Shown: positions 1-10,591 of the stretch, piece by piece | How positions within the stretch are numbered: position 1 is the stretch's first letter | Layout of the letters: each line of letters starts with the position of its first letter | NCBI GenBank assembly: GCA_963717465.1 | Contig: OY970340.1 | Coordinates: 2,464,001 to 2,528,000 of the forward strand | DNA: 64,000 nucleotides | Direction: 5' to 3' | Source: Candidatus Bathyarchaeota archaeon | GTDB taxonomy: Archaea; Thermoproteota; Bathyarchaeia; Bathyarchaeales; Bathycorpusculaceae | Notes under the pieces: model-generated | Databases searched by the model: none | What the model was told of the DNA's origin: nothing | What the model saw: only the letters and a program-made list of their open reading frames with translations | Program-made: the position numbers and the translations under genes

Positions 1-744
1 TTTGCATCAACGGTCTACTCAAAATGCATTCATTGGCGAAATGGAATGGAATGCAAATTCTGCAGCATTGAGCTTTGGGGAGACGAAAGAATAATACAAA
101 AAGACCCACAGCAACTTGCCGAGGTTGCCCAAGAAGCATTCAGAGAAGGCTCAGTCAAAAACGTGACATTAACAACTGGGACACCGCCAGGACGCGACAG
201 GGGCGTTCTGCTTTTAGCCCAAGCAACAAAAGCGATTAATGAGCGCGTAAATATTCCTGTGCATGTGCAGCTTGAGCCCTTGCAAAGCAAGAGTCTTCTG
301 GAAAAACTTCGCGATGCCGGAGTTGACACCGTAGGAATTCATGTCGAATCGTTTGACAAAAAAATATTTGCTTACATTTGCCCATCAAAATCAAATTTGG
401 AAGCCTACTTCAGATCCTGGAAAGACGCCGTAGAAGTCTTTGGCAAAGGACAAGTTAGCACGTTTATAATTGCAGGTTTAGGTGAAACCGATGAAAGCAT
501 CCTAAAAGGTGCAGAAAAAGCTGCCCAAATAGGAGTGGTACCCTATCTGCTTCCCTTGCATCCGACGGCAGGAACCATTTTTGAAAATGCCAAGCCGCCT
601 TCCTCTAGAAGAATGATTAAACTCTATCGGGAAGTCGCAGAAATACTTCATCAGGTTGGCTTAGACCCTACAAAGAATAAAGCTGGCTGCGTGAAGTGTG
701 GCGCTTGTTCCGCAGTAAAAGAAGCATACTTGGTTCCTCCCTAA
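1..744 (+). CDS. Radical SAM protein, MSMEG_0568-like (5'-truncated by window edge)
   Basis: Frame open from base 1: FASTVYSKCIHWRNGMECKFC (extended Cx8CxxC motif); C-terminal KAGCVKCGACS typical of this family. Confidence 0.8.
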   Translation, partial: FASTVYSKCIHWRNGMECKFCSIELWGDERIIQKDPQQLAEVAQEAFREGSVKNVTLTTGTPPGRDRGVLLLAQATKAINERVNIPVHVQLEPLQSKSLLEKLRDAGVDTVGIHVESFDKKIFAYICPSKSNLEAYFRSWKDAVEVFGKGQVSTFIIAGLGETDESILKGAEKAAQIGVVPYLLPLHPTAGTIFENAKPPSSRRMIKLYREVAEILHQVGLDPTKNKAGCVKCGACSAVKEAYLVPP

Positions 745-839
745 CTTTTTGCCCTTGAGGTAGCAGAATTGCTATCAGAAAGGAATATGAGCAACAACAT
801 GCAATTCGTAACTTGAAGTGCTAAAACGGGAAAATCAAA

Positions 840-1127
840 ATGAAAATAAATGTTCATTACATAAGCCTCGTTAAGAACTTCACAAAGAAAAGCCAAGACG
901 AAATTATATTGGAGAATGGGTCTAAAGTCTCAGATCTACTGGATAAAATCGCATCAAACTATGGTAAACCTTTTACACAGGAAGTTTACGAGCCAGGTCA
1001 AAGAGACATGAAAGCCACATTTGTTACGATGGTTAATGGGGTATTAATGGATCAGCTTAAGGGTGTTGATACGTCCCTTAATGACGGTGACAGCATTATT
1101 ATTATGTCGCTAATGACAGGCGGCTAA
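840..1127 (+). CDS. MoaD/ThiS/SAMP ubiquitin-like sulfur carrier
   Basis: 95 aa, beta-grasp pattern, C-terminal GG. Confidence 0.9.
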   Translation: MKINVHYISLVKNFTKKSQDEIILENGSKVSDLLDKIASNYGKPFTQEVYEPGQRDMKATFVTMVNGVLMDQLKGVDTSLNDGDSIIIMSLMTGG

Positions 1128-1316
1128 GCAATCTTAAACAAGCAATTTTAGTTTCTAGAAGGACTTTGCCAAATTTTGCTGGCTAATTCTCCAGGGGATA
1201 GGTAACACGTGAAAATCGATCCCCCGTTCGGTCATATCTGTCAAGCAGAAGCAAGAAAAAACTCGGATTATAATTTTTCCTATCAGTTCATTCTCTTCGT
1301 TAATTCTAGTTTATTC

Positions 1317-1883
1317 TTATTTCTTTACCCAAACATGGGTGATTTCCCCAAATACAAATTTGCGATAAACATTTGCTTCTTTGTAAGCATCGTTTATAAA
1401 GTCTTTAGCTTCTTGTGAGTAAAAATCATTGGGATTGGCGGTAGTAAGCGCCGTTAATTTACATTCAATAATTAGTCTGGCTTCTTTGAAAGACATATCT
1501 CCGGAAGGAGTTTGAACACTTGTCAATTCAACTTCTTTCATTTTCTCACTATCTCTTCCTGATTTACTTCCCAAAAAGAGTAATTGTTTCCTGTATTCAT
1601 CCGGGAAGTAAGACATCGTATATGTTTGCTCTTTTTGAATCATTTCAAGCGTATAACGGTCTGCTCGAAGAATACACCAAGTGGTGGGTTTCCTTAAAAG
1701 AATCCCCAAGCCACCCCCACTGGCTGTCATGGAATTATAATGATCTTCCTTGCCCGCAGTAATAATCGAAAAAACTTTTCCTACCAACGTAAATACATTG
1801 TCACATATCTCTTCCGGAGAAATTTGCTTAAATAATTGATCAAAATCCATCTCTTTGACATTTACATGATTTGTTTTTTTCAT
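1317..1883 (-). CDS. Flavin reductase-like FMN-binding protein
   Basis: ITAG...NSMTAS.G, RYT, LGSKSGRD..K, EARLIIECK motifs. Confidence 0.8.
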   Translation of the reverse strand: MKKTNHVNVKEMDFDQLFKQISPEEICDNVFTLVGKVFSIITAGKEDHYNSMTASGGGLGILLRKPTTWCILRADRYTLEMIQKEQTYTMSYFPDEYRKQLLFLGSKSGRDSEKMKEVELTSVQTPSGDMSFKEARLIIECKLTALTTANPNDFYSQEAKDFINDAYKEANVYRKFVFGEITHVWVKK

Positions 1884-1965
1884 ATAAACCCCTCATATAA
1901 ATTAAATATTTTATTGGTTAAAAAATAAGAGTAAACAAGGCTTAAAGTAGCGCCATGTTTTGGCG

Positions 1966-2532
1966 TTATTTTTTGACTGCAGCTTCTTCCTTCTTAGCTG
2001 GTGCTTCTTCTTTTTTGACAGGCGCTTCTTCTTTTTTGATCAAAGACTCGTCAAACATGCCTCGTACAGCTTTCTGCCTTGATTTCTGCGCTAACTGCTG
2101 AGCACTGACAAAGCTTAATGCTTCTTCAGGACACCATTTGACGCACTGTGGTTCTTTAAATTCATTATCTGTGCAGTTGTTACAAGTAAACACAACTTTC
2201 TTTTCAGGATGCAACATCATCGCGCCAAATTGGCATGCACTAATGCACCATCCGCAACCGTTGCATTTGTCTTCGTCAACTCGAATTATGCCTGTGCCCT
2301 CTTCTTGACTCAATGCATCGCGTGGGCAAGCTGTAATACATGCTGGTTCGGTGCAATGCCTGCAAGCGACGGCCAGATTTATCAATGGACCAAGTCGCAT
2401 CGCACGAATTCTTGATTTAGAAGGATTAAAAGTCTTATCGTTAGCCATTGAGCAGGCATACTCGCATACTATGCAGCCAATACATTTCTCTGGATCAGCT
2501 GTAACAAATTTTCTGTCTTGGGTTCGCACCAT
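1966..2532 (-). CDS. 4Fe-4S dicluster electron-transfer subunit (AOR partner)
   Basis: Four Cys clusters (CIGCIVCEYAC, CRHC..PAC..ACP, CNGCGWC..AC, CNNC...C..WCP); abuts aor; KKEEAP-repeat tail. Confidence 0.9.
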   Translation of the reverse strand: MVRTQDRKFVTADPEKCIGCIVCEYACSMANDKTFNPSKSRIRAMRLGPLINLAVACRHCTEPACITACPRDALSQEEGTGIIRVDEDKCNGCGWCISACQFGAMMLHPEKKVVFTCNNCTDNEFKEPQCVKWCPEEALSFVSAQQLAQKSRQKAVRGMFDESLIKKEEAPVKKEEAPAKKEEAAVKK

Positions 2533-2533
2533 T

Positions 2534-4510
2534 CTACTTGCCTCCTTGAGCGACAGCTTGTGCGGGTTGGGCTGCTTGTGATGGAGGAGCAGTTTCTTGA
2601 ACTTGGATTTTTGGTGGCATGGGGGTTTCTTTTATGGCTTTTTCAACGATGGGTATGTATTCGCCTAAGCCTAATTCTTTGAGTTTTTCAGGAGTGGGAA
2701 TTCCCTGAGGTGTCCATCCTCTTGAAGCGTAATAGTCGTCTAATCCAAGCTGCATTTCTTCGTCGTTTACGCAAACACCTTTAGCTGGACCCTCATCTGG
2801 AACTGGGAAATGCTTGATTTTGTATGGCACGTCATCGTATTTTCGTGTGCCTTTGCCTTCACGTATGTTGAATACTCGGGCAAGGTTTTCTATTCTGTCG
2901 CCATCTTTCATCATTTCTTCAACTGTGATAGGTATGCCCGTGGCTAAAGTGTAATAGTTAACGATGTCCTTCCAGCCATCGTAGTATGTGCCTCTGCTGA
3001 ACTTGCAAACGATGAGTGAGTCAATAATGTTATACATGTAGCTTTCATCAGTGATCATTTTGCCTCGTCCTTTCTCAATCTTGAAACGGTTAACTTTGCC
3101 TTTCACATCAGGAGAATAAGCGCCATTTCTTAAGTGACATGCACCACGGAAGGCTACCGAAAATCCCAACGCTGCAGTCTTCAAGGTTCTTAAATCGTAA
3201 CCTGGAAGTTCCAAGCCTTTAATATGACAAGCGTACTTGTACGCATCACCACCAATTATTTCAGCAGCTTTCGCTACGCCTTCAGCTAACGCGCTACCAA
3301 GCCAGCCGTCACGTTGGCCAATCTTGTGGATTATTTGGATTAACGCTTCCGCGTTTCCAAAACGAAGATCAATACCGTCAGTTTGCTCTTTAGTTATAAC
3401 TCCATGTTCGTAACAGTCCATTGCAAAGGCAACAACTACTCCGATAGATATGCCGTCCATGCCATACTCGTTAACGATTCTCATGGCTTCAATTATGGCA
3501 TCTAAACGGTCAATTCCGCATAATGGTCCCATACTCCAGAGACACTCAAATTCCAATCTGGAAGTTGAACCTTTGTATGGTCCTTCTGGAACCTGGGCAA
3601 TGTGGTCACAACGCATGCCGCATGTTGCGCAACCAACAACTTTCTTTACGTAATGCTCGTTTAAGTATTCACCACTCACCCTGTCGGCACCCTCAAAGGT
3701 TGCGTTAGACCAGTTCCTTGTAGCTAAAGCAGAAAGAGAATTTAACACTAGAACATTTTCAGGAGTTCCCAGCGTTTTGTACTTCTTTGTTGCTGGACCC
3801 TTCATACGTTCATGAATCAACTTCACGAAGTCCATGAAGCCAGTCCTATTCGCAACGTTAACGTCATGCGTTCCACGCACTGCAACAGCTTTGAGGTTTT
3901 TTGAGCCCATAACTGCACCCATACCAGAACGCCCAATCGCTCGGAATTCATCGTTAATTATGGCTGCGAATCGGCAGAGTTTTTCGCCTGCTTCACCGAT
4001 GGCTGCAACACGAATGTAAAAGTCGTTTAGTTCCTCACGAATACCTTTGTCCGTATGCTCAATCGTGGCATGCTTTAGGTGTTCAGCATTCATGATCTGG
4101 ACTTTGTCATCATCAATCCAAAGGTAACTGAGCTTGGGAGCTTTACCAGTAATTATAACAGCATCATAACCTGCACGTTTAAGGTCTGGACCGAAGAAGC
4201 CATGCGCTTCAGCATTACCGATACCACCGGTAGCTGGAGACTTAGATACCACAGCGTAACTGTTGCCGCCTGTTGGACCCATGGTCCCGCTAAGCGGACC
4301 TGTTAAATATATAAGTGGATTAGATGGGTCAAAAGCGTCTGCACCTGAAACAGAATTGTCCATCAGAAGCTTTATGCCTAAGCCTATGCCTCCGATGTAG
4401 TTTTTTGCTAATTCTTCAGTTAGAGGTTCGGTTTTCGTTTCCCCTGTTGTTAAGTTAACACGTAAAATTTTTCCTGCGTAAGCAAACATTCCCTTTTGCC
4501 TCGGAATCAC
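2534..4510 (-). CDS. aor: Tungsten-dependent aldehyde:ferredoxin oxidoreductase
   Basis: GKILRVNLT, KSPATG, GR.GMGAVMGSKNLKAV, CATCGMRC, RGACH motifs. Confidence 0.93.
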   Translation of the reverse strand: MIPRQKGMFAYAGKILRVNLTTGETKTEPLTEELAKNYIGGIGLGIKLLMDNSVSGADAFDPSNPLIYLTGPLSGTMGPTGGNSYAVVSKSPATGGIGNAEAHGFFGPDLKRAGYDAVIITGKAPKLSYLWIDDDKVQIMNAEHLKHATIEHTDKGIREELNDFYIRVAAIGEAGEKLCRFAAIINDEFRAIGRSGMGAVMGSKNLKAVAVRGTHDVNVANRTGFMDFVKLIHERMKGPATKKYKTLGTPENVLVLNSLSALATRNWSNATFEGADRVSGEYLNEHYVKKVVGCATCGMRCDHIAQVPEGPYKGSTSRLEFECLWSMGPLCGIDRLDAIIEAMRIVNEYGMDGISIGVVVAFAMDCYEHGVITKEQTDGIDLRFGNAEALIQIIHKIGQRDGWLGSALAEGVAKAAEIIGGDAYKYACHIKGLELPGYDLRTLKTAALGFSVAFRGACHLRNGAYSPDVKGKVNRFKIEKGRGKMITDESYMYNIIDSLIVCKFSRGTYYDGWKDIVNYYTLATGIPITVEEMMKDGDRIENLARVFNIREGKGTRKYDDVPYKIKHFPVPDEGPAKGVCVNDEEMQLGLDDYYASRGWTPQGIPTPEKLKELGLGEYIPIVEKAIKETPMPPKIQVQETAPPSQAAQPAQAVAQGGK

Positions 4511-4521
4511 TTTTCAAGACG

Positions 4522-4559
4522 ATTAACTTAGTTGGTATATATTAACTTAATTGGTATAT
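4522..4559. repeat. 19-bp tandem direct repeat just upstream of aor
   Basis: ATTAACTTAGTTGGTATAT / ATTAACTTAATTGGTATAT, one mismatch. Confidence 0.8.
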
Positions 4560-4698
4560 ATAGCAAAATTTAACGTTTGATTTCGACTTGTTTTTCCATA
4601 CATAACACTTAAAGCCATATTTTTTGACAAGCAAACCCTTGATAAAAATAGCGAAAACTTAAACAAACCGCCTGCAACACTCTCAACAGGCGAAGAAA

Positions 4699-5766
4699 TT
4701 GAATCGAATACACGCTCTAAAACAAGTAGCGTTCAAAAATCGAGAAATAGATAGCATAATAATTTTTAGCAATCCAAATTTAACCTATTTTACGGGTTTT
4801 TCAGGAGCAATGGCTCTACTTATCCCTGAAAGAGGCGATTGCATCCTATACGTTCAAAACGTTAACTTTGCCCAAGCGAAAGAACAGGTCCACGATTTAA
4901 CCGTTGAATTAAGAAAACCCAACGAAAACCTAATGGACAAGATCGTAAAGCAAGCAGCGTCGACCAAGAAAATTGGAGTAGACACGCTTCAGATTGAAAG
5001 TTGGCAACAACTCGCTAGAGCCGCTGGCGGAGAAGAAAAACTGGTGCTTTCAGGAAATCTCGTTCGTGAATTACGTAAAATTAAGGATGGGGAAGAAATC
5101 AGTAGTATTCGTGAAGCTTGCAGGCTAGCTCAAGCCGGGATGCAAGCGGCTTTTGAAACAGTAAAACCAGGCGTGCGGGAAATGGAAGTGGCAACTCAAA
5201 TCGAGTTTGACATGCGCAAGAACGGTTCTTACGGAACTGCTTTTGACACAATCGTTGCTTCAGGCCCAAGTTCAGCTTTTCCACACGGCAGCTGTTCGGA
5301 TAGGGTAATTCAGGAAGGCGACTTTGTAGTTGTTGACTTGGGGGCAACCTACAAGTTTTATCGTTCAGACATGACGCGAACTTTTATAGCGGGAAAAGCT
5401 TCTGAAAAACAAAAGAAAATTTACGATACTGTAATTGATGCTCAGGACAAAGCGTTCAAGGCTTTAAAACCAAATATTACTGGCAAAGAAGTTGACACTG
5501 TTGCTAGACAGTTTATTGAAACGGCCGGTTTTAATGATTATTTTTCACATGGTCTTGGTCATGGAGTAGGTTTGGATATTCATGAACCTCCTACGTTGAG
5601 TCAGGAAGGAAATGAAGTATTGAATGCGGGTAACGTAGTAACGGTTGAACCAGGCATTTACATCCCTGGTTTCGGCGGCGTGAGAATAGAAGACACAGCA
5701 TTAGTAACCAAAGAAGGAGCCGAAAAATTAACCAGCAAATTTTACTCTCTGCAAACGGGCAAATAG
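4699..5766 (+). CDS. Xaa-Pro aminopeptidase/dipeptidase (M24B)
   Basis: PHG, DLG, SDMTRT, HGLGHGVGLDIHE, EPGIY, GVRIED. Confidence 0.93.
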   Translation: MNRIHALKQVAFKNREIDSIIIFSNPNLTYFTGFSGAMALLIPERGDCILYVQNVNFAQAKEQVHDLTVELRKPNENLMDKIVKQAASTKKIGVDTLQIESWQQLARAAGGEEKLVLSGNLVRELRKIKDGEEISSIREACRLAQAGMQAAFETVKPGVREMEVATQIEFDMRKNGSYGTAFDTIVASGPSSAFPHGSCSDRVIQEGDFVVVDLGATYKFYRSDMTRTFIAGKASEKQKKIYDTVIDAQDKAFKALKPNITGKEVDTVARQFIETAGFNDYFSHGLGHGVGLDIHEPPTLSQEGNEVLNAGNVVTVEPGIYIPGFGGVRIEDTALVTKEGAEKLTSKFYSLQTGK

Positions 5767-5927
5767 GGTCATTCAGAGAAGTTGCCTTAAGTTTTGTGAA
5801 GATTTAGGTAAAAACGTAGCGTCTTTAGTCTTAAAGATAAAATCCACATAATCGCTTCTGTTAAGCAGGGTAGCATAGTCTTTTTATAGACTCAATCATT
5901 CTTCACATTCTTAGCTGGAGAAGACAT

Positions 5928-6665
5928 TTGGGACTTCCTGAAAGATTACAGAAATCTATAGAAAAGGCATTTTTTAAAAGTAAATCAACTAAAAGAAGCG
6001 TTTATCTGACGTATGTAATCCTGAACGTTGCCTTGATGCTTCTTTTGTTTTATATTGTTCTTAACACTTTTGTTTATGATTGGACTGGGCAACTTTACCC
6101 TGCAGGTTCAGGTTACCGTTTAGATTGGGTCTTCGGAAGTCTTGACAATGCTATACCGTTTGTTCCTCAAATGGTGATTTTTTACGTTTACCTGTTTTAC
6201 CCAATGGTTATTCTTACGATGCTTTATTTTGCATTTGTAAAATACAAAGAGGGTTATGCTTTAGCATGGTCCTTAGTTGTCATAAACGCTGTCGCAGCGC
6301 TGATTTACATTGTGTTTCCTGTTTCAACATACTGGTACCGCCAAGAACTGCTGGCTAACCCGATGGTGAATAACTTTTGGGCAAGCCAGGTATACTCGAT
6401 TTTTGCCCATGATACATCATTCAATTGCTTTCCCAGTCTCCATGCAGCCATCTCTACGATTTGTTTTTACTCTTGGTTCCGGTACAGCCAAACAAAACCA
6501 TCATTAACAACCAAGGCCATAGCCGCAATCGTCTTTGTTATTGCTACAGGCGTAATATTGTCTACTCTCTTCATAAAGCAGCATTATATTGCTGACGAAA
6601 TTGCGGGCATCGCGCTTGCATACGTGGTTGGTAGACTAACGTTCAATCGCCTATGGAAAAATTAA
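5928..6665 (+). CDS. PAP2-superfamily membrane phosphoesterase/phosphotransferase
   Basis: NCFPSLH and KQHYIAD motifs, several TM segments. Confidence 0.85.
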   Translation: MGLPERLQKSIEKAFFKSKSTKRSVYLTYVILNVALMLLLFYIVLNTFVYDWTGQLYPAGSGYRLDWVFGSLDNAIPFVPQMVIFYVYLFYPMVILTMLYFAFVKYKEGYALAWSLVVINAVAALIYIVFPVSTYWYRQELLANPMVNNFWASQVYSIFAHDTSFNCFPSLHAAISTICFYSWFRYSQTKPSLTTKAIAAIVFVIATGVILSTLFIKQHYIADEIAGIALAYVVGRLTFNRLWKN

Positions 6666-6697
6666 ACATTACACAGTTTCTTATTTTCGCAACTTTG

Positions 6698-7012
6698 TTA
6701 TTTTTCTCTTTCTACTACGATAGTGCATCTTGTTGCTAAGGCAGCAATGGCTCCGAGTGCTGCAAGCCAAGGAACTAATACAAGGCCTATAACCCCGACA
6801 GTTACAGGAATTTCAAGCAATGTTTTGTCTTCTTCGTCTTTGACGATTATTTGCCTGATGTTTCCTTCGTGTATCAATTGTTTGACTTTCTGAACTAAAT
6901 CATCGGAGGAAACAGAGAAAGTTTCTTCAGTTACGCCTTTCCGAGTGCCACAATATGGACAAAAATTCATTTCATCGGACATCTCTTTACCACATTTATT
7001 ACAGAATGACAT
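6698..7012 (-). CDS. Zinc-ribbon plus DUF4342-like protein
   Basis: FCNKCG...FCPYCG; KVKQLIHEGNIRQI...LEIPVTVG. Confidence 0.8.
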   Translation of the reverse strand: MSFCNKCGKEMSDEMNFCPYCGTRKGVTEETFSVSSDDLVQKVKQLIHEGNIRQIIVKDEEDKTLLEIPVTVGVIGLVLVPWLAALGAIAALATRCTIVVEREK

Positions 7013-7211
7013 GTAGATTTGTCTCCAATTTATGGGGAAAGTATCTGATTTCTTATACCTTTTGGTTCTTAAAAACGCAAATGCAGACTGCTAATAAAAT
7101 AGTTTAAGCAATCGATAACTTCGAAAATCTTAATGCTTAATTATAACAAACAAGTTATTGAAATTAGGAATCATCAACTAATTTTTGGATTGAAAAAGAG
7201 TTGAATGTCAA

Positions 7212-8369
7212 TTGATGCATGATAATAAAAGGTTAGATAAAAGCGTGGAAAAGTCGGAAAGATACGTTCGTCCAATAAGTGAATTGTGGGAAATGTGGAA
7301 ATCGAGAGTAAAAATGCATATTTACCCATTTAATTACGCCATTTATGAAGATTTAGAACATGTGATGACAAGTCTTACCTCTTATGATAGAGATAAGTGG
7401 GCTGCTGCTTTCAGCTCCATTGCAAAACCGTATGAAGAAAAAGCAATCATAGCGGAAAAATCAGGTGATAAGAATAGCGCCAAAGAAAATTATTTGCGGG
7501 CATATCAATACTACAGGCTTGCTCGATATCCAACTATTAACTCGGATGGCAAAAAGCAAGCATACGAAAAGTCAAAAGAGATGCTCTTTAAAGCTTCACA
7601 GTATTTTGATGTCCCACTCGAACGAGTAGAAATACCCTTCAACGGAAAAAGCAATGAAGGCAACAAGATCATTGCATACCTACGCTTGCCTAAAATGAAT
7701 TTGAACTCTTTTCCTTTGCTCATAACCTGGGGTGGAATCGACGGCTTCAAAGAAGAGCAACTAAATGATCCAGCAGTAGAGCAGGGGATAGCAACTTTAG
7801 CTGTTGATGGGCCAGGAGTCGGTGACTCACCAATCAAAGGCTCAGAAGACGCGGAAAGACTGTTTGGAGCATTGTTCGATTGGGCTGGGCAACAGAAAAG
7901 AATTAATTCTCACAAAATAGGAATTTGGGGATACAGCACAGGAGGCTACTGGGCAGTAAAAGTAGCCATCGTCTACAAAGAAAAAATAGCTTGCGCAGTA
8001 AGTCAAGGCGGACCTGTTCACTACGCGTTTGAAACAGAATGGATCGAAAAGCAAGAAAGAGGAGAATACCCATTCGAATTTTTTGAAACTATCTCCTATG
8101 CCTTCGGAGTGTCAGGTTATGACGAGTGGGTAAAATATGCCCCTAAGCTATCTCTGCTAAGACAAGGCATTTTAGACAAGCCAAATGCACCCCTACTTTT
8201 GGTGAATGGAATACACGATTCCGTGTTCCCAATTAAAGACTATTATCTACTTCTCGAGCATGGAAGCCCTAAATGTGCCAGGTTCTTTGAAGCAGGCCAC
8301 ATGGGATTCACAAAAGACACTTTAGAAATAATAATGAAATGGATAACAGAGAAACTCCAGAAACAATAA
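7212..8369 (+). CDS. Alpha/beta hydrolase (FrsA / dihydroxy-pseudooxynicotine hydrolase-like)
   Basis: GGIDGFKEE, DGPGVG, nucleophile GYSTGG, C-terminal GHMG. Confidence 0.8.
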   Translation: MMHDNKRLDKSVEKSERYVRPISELWEMWKSRVKMHIYPFNYAIYEDLEHVMTSLTSYDRDKWAAAFSSIAKPYEEKAIIAEKSGDKNSAKENYLRAYQYYRLARYPTINSDGKKQAYEKSKEMLFKASQYFDVPLERVEIPFNGKSNEGNKIIAYLRLPKMNLNSFPLLITWGGIDGFKEEQLNDPAVEQGIATLAVDGPGVGDSPIKGSEDAERLFGALFDWAGQQKRINSHKIGIWGYSTGGYWAVKVAIVYKEKIACAVSQGGPVHYAFETEWIEKQERGEYPFEFFETISYAFGVSGYDEWVKYAPKLSLLRQGILDKPNAPLLLVNGIHDSVFPIKDYYLLLEHGSPKCARFFEAGHMGFTKDTLEIIMKWITEKLQKQ

Positions 8370-8525
8370 ATAAAAACTGCTCTGCCTAAAATTAAGTTCA
8401 AAGCCGAACAAAAAAATTTTTAGACAGCGAGTAATGAACAAAAAAAAATAATGCCCCTAAAATTTTTAATGACTAAAATTAATTAATCAAAAACAATGAA
8501 AATGCATGCTTGATAAACTGTTTTT

Positions 8526-9109
8526 CTATACAGTAGCAGTTAGGATTTCGTCTGTAGTTTTAAGCAAACCAATTCGTGAAAAAATGTATTTCAGCGTTGC
8601 TTCATGTTCATCCCTGCTGCCTGAAGCCATTGCATCAACGGCAAAGATTTGATTGTATCCTAGCTGATACGCTTCTCTAGCGGTTGTCTCTACCCCAATG
8701 TTCGTTGATACTCCACATAGAACTATCGTGTCTATGCCTCTTCGCCTAAGTTGTAAATCAAGTTCAGTTCCATAAAACGCTCCCCACTGCCTCTTCGTTA
8801 TAACGATGTCTTTCTCAGTAGGCCTTATTTCATCCATGAATTCTGACCAATCGGCAGGTCTCTGAGTTGAACTCCACGGAACTGGCTGCTCTGTTTTGGG
8901 GTGCAATATATCTTTTCCGTCAGCTGAGGCTACATGAACCAAAAAAACTTTAATTCCAACCTCTCTAAACTTCTTCACGAGTTTTGAAACGGTTTCAACA
9001 ATCTGACTAACTGAGCAAGTTCAAGTTTCCTATTCAACGAAACTATGCCCTTCTGCAAATCTATGACAACAAGCGCTGTCCTGTTCAAATCAAGTTTTAA
9101 ATCAGCCAT
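8526..9109 (-). pseudogene. Isochorismatase-family cysteine hydrolase with a one-base frameshift near 9020
   Basis: ATG at 9109 gives MADLKLDLNRTALVVIDLQKGIV; the remainder (KRQWGAFYGTELD, GVSTNIGVETTAR) is in another frame; may be a sequencing error. Confidence 0.75.
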
Positions 9110-9210
9110 AACAAACCCAAGACAAATGCAGAAATTGATTTATTTAAATTTTTCATAAATTATTATTGTGATTGCATCTCGTGGAATACGGGTCTTATCT
9201 TCCATTTGCA

Positions 9211-10086
9211 TTAGGATTCGGGTTTCTTCTGTTCGTCATTAATTTTTACTTCTCCAATGAAAACATGCTTTCTATTAACAGTTTTAAGGTTTATCTCAAT
9301 CATTTGCTCAGCCTTGTCTCTACCTGAATAAAGCCCTAAAAAGTATTGCAGGCTAAAACCCAAAAGAGCAGGCAACAAAAAGCTATAGTAGCGCGGTTGA
9401 GACCCAATCAAAAAACCGTAAATAACATTAACTAAAGAAAGCACGACAGTTATTCCAAACGCTGCGCCGATCAAGTTGAGTAAAGTAGCTTTGTGAAAAG
9501 GTACTGAATTAACACCTGTAACCTTGAACTTTCTAAAATATGGTGAAACTATAGAGGGCACTATACCAGCGCAGAAAACAAAGAAGACCATGATTGGAAT
9601 AATTTCAAGAGAATACTTAAATGAGCCGATAGAAGTTGGCTTCAAGAAAATATCTAAAGATGTAAGTATAGTTTGAATCGCAGGTGTAGGAATAGCTCGA
9701 AAGGTTATTGGAAACGTTAAATCAAGATAATGAACGTTTAGAGCTATTGCCATAGCCACCAAGAAAACTATTGCTGGCATATAGATGATTGAGGGAAAAT
9801 TAGCAAGATTACGTCTGTTTTCATTGGTCTCTTGCAGTTTTATCAGATGCTTAGAACCGTTAAACTTGGAAAAGAAATCAAAAAGATTTAAAGAAGATTT
9901 GCCGCCAAAACCTATTATAGATACGTATCCGAGCCCAAAAAGCGCCAACCCCCCTATCGCCGTTAAAGAAAAAACAAATAGTGCACCCAATCGGTTGCTC
10001 TGTCTAAACGTCAAGAGCGCAGCTGCCAAATATAAAAGCAGTATTAGGCAGAAAAAGCCACCAATTAGTAATTGTTTTTTGCGCAT
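9211..10086 (-). CDS. Hypothetical multi-pass membrane protein
   Basis: 291-aa ORF with about 6 hydrophobic segments. Confidence 0.65.
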   Translation of the reverse strand: MRKKQLLIGGFFCLILLLYLAAALLTFRQSNRLGALFVFSLTAIGGLALFGLGYVSIIGFGGKSSLNLFDFFSKFNGSKHLIKLQETNENRRNLANFPSIIYMPAIVFLVAMAIALNVHYLDLTFPITFRAIPTPAIQTILTSLDIFLKPTSIGSFKYSLEIIPIMVFFVFCAGIVPSIVSPYFRKFKVTGVNSVPFHKATLLNLIGAAFGITVVLSLVNVIYGFLIGSQPRYYSFLLPALLGFSLQYFLGLYSGRDKAEQMIEINLKTVNRKHVFIGEVKINDEQKKPES

Positions 10087-10591
10087 TTAACTCACCGCAA
10101 AATCTTCCTTTCTACAATACGATCTTGACTTCCCCAGCTTTTCATTCAAGCGTAAATTTGAGCTTCTTAACTTTTCCATAAGACGAGATATATTTAAGAT
10201 TTCACCCAAATTCTTTAAAATTAGAAAGATTAAATGCTGTACTCTGATCATAAATAGTGAGATAGAAAAAGGATGTTTTACGGTAATAGCACATGCTTTT
10301 ACAGAGTAATCTGACCAAAAGAAATTCTAACTCAAAAGTTCTCCCTGCTTTAATAAAGCATAGTCAGTTTTCTGCACTATGTTAAAGGTATGTCTTTTTT
10401 TAGTTTTTCAAGAATTTCCCGGATTGTTGACTCTCTTAGGTTTAGAGTGTCTGAAATGCTTTCGACATCTGCTTTTTGCTCGTCAATGATAAAATGAAGA
10501 ATTCTTTTTTCATCGTGACTTTTTTCTAAAGACTCTTTGAAAGGGTCTCGTCTATCATCAAAAGAGAATTGCAGGCAACGAAAATGAAATA

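Noticed and set aside
1966..2040. KKEEAP repeats as a DNA repeat array
   Set aside because: Low-complexity protein tail, not a CRISPR array or mobile repeat
10377..10545. Minus-strand HTH-like reading frame (DEKRILHFII...ISDTLNLRESTIREIL)
   Set aside because: No start codon in frame; at most a remnant
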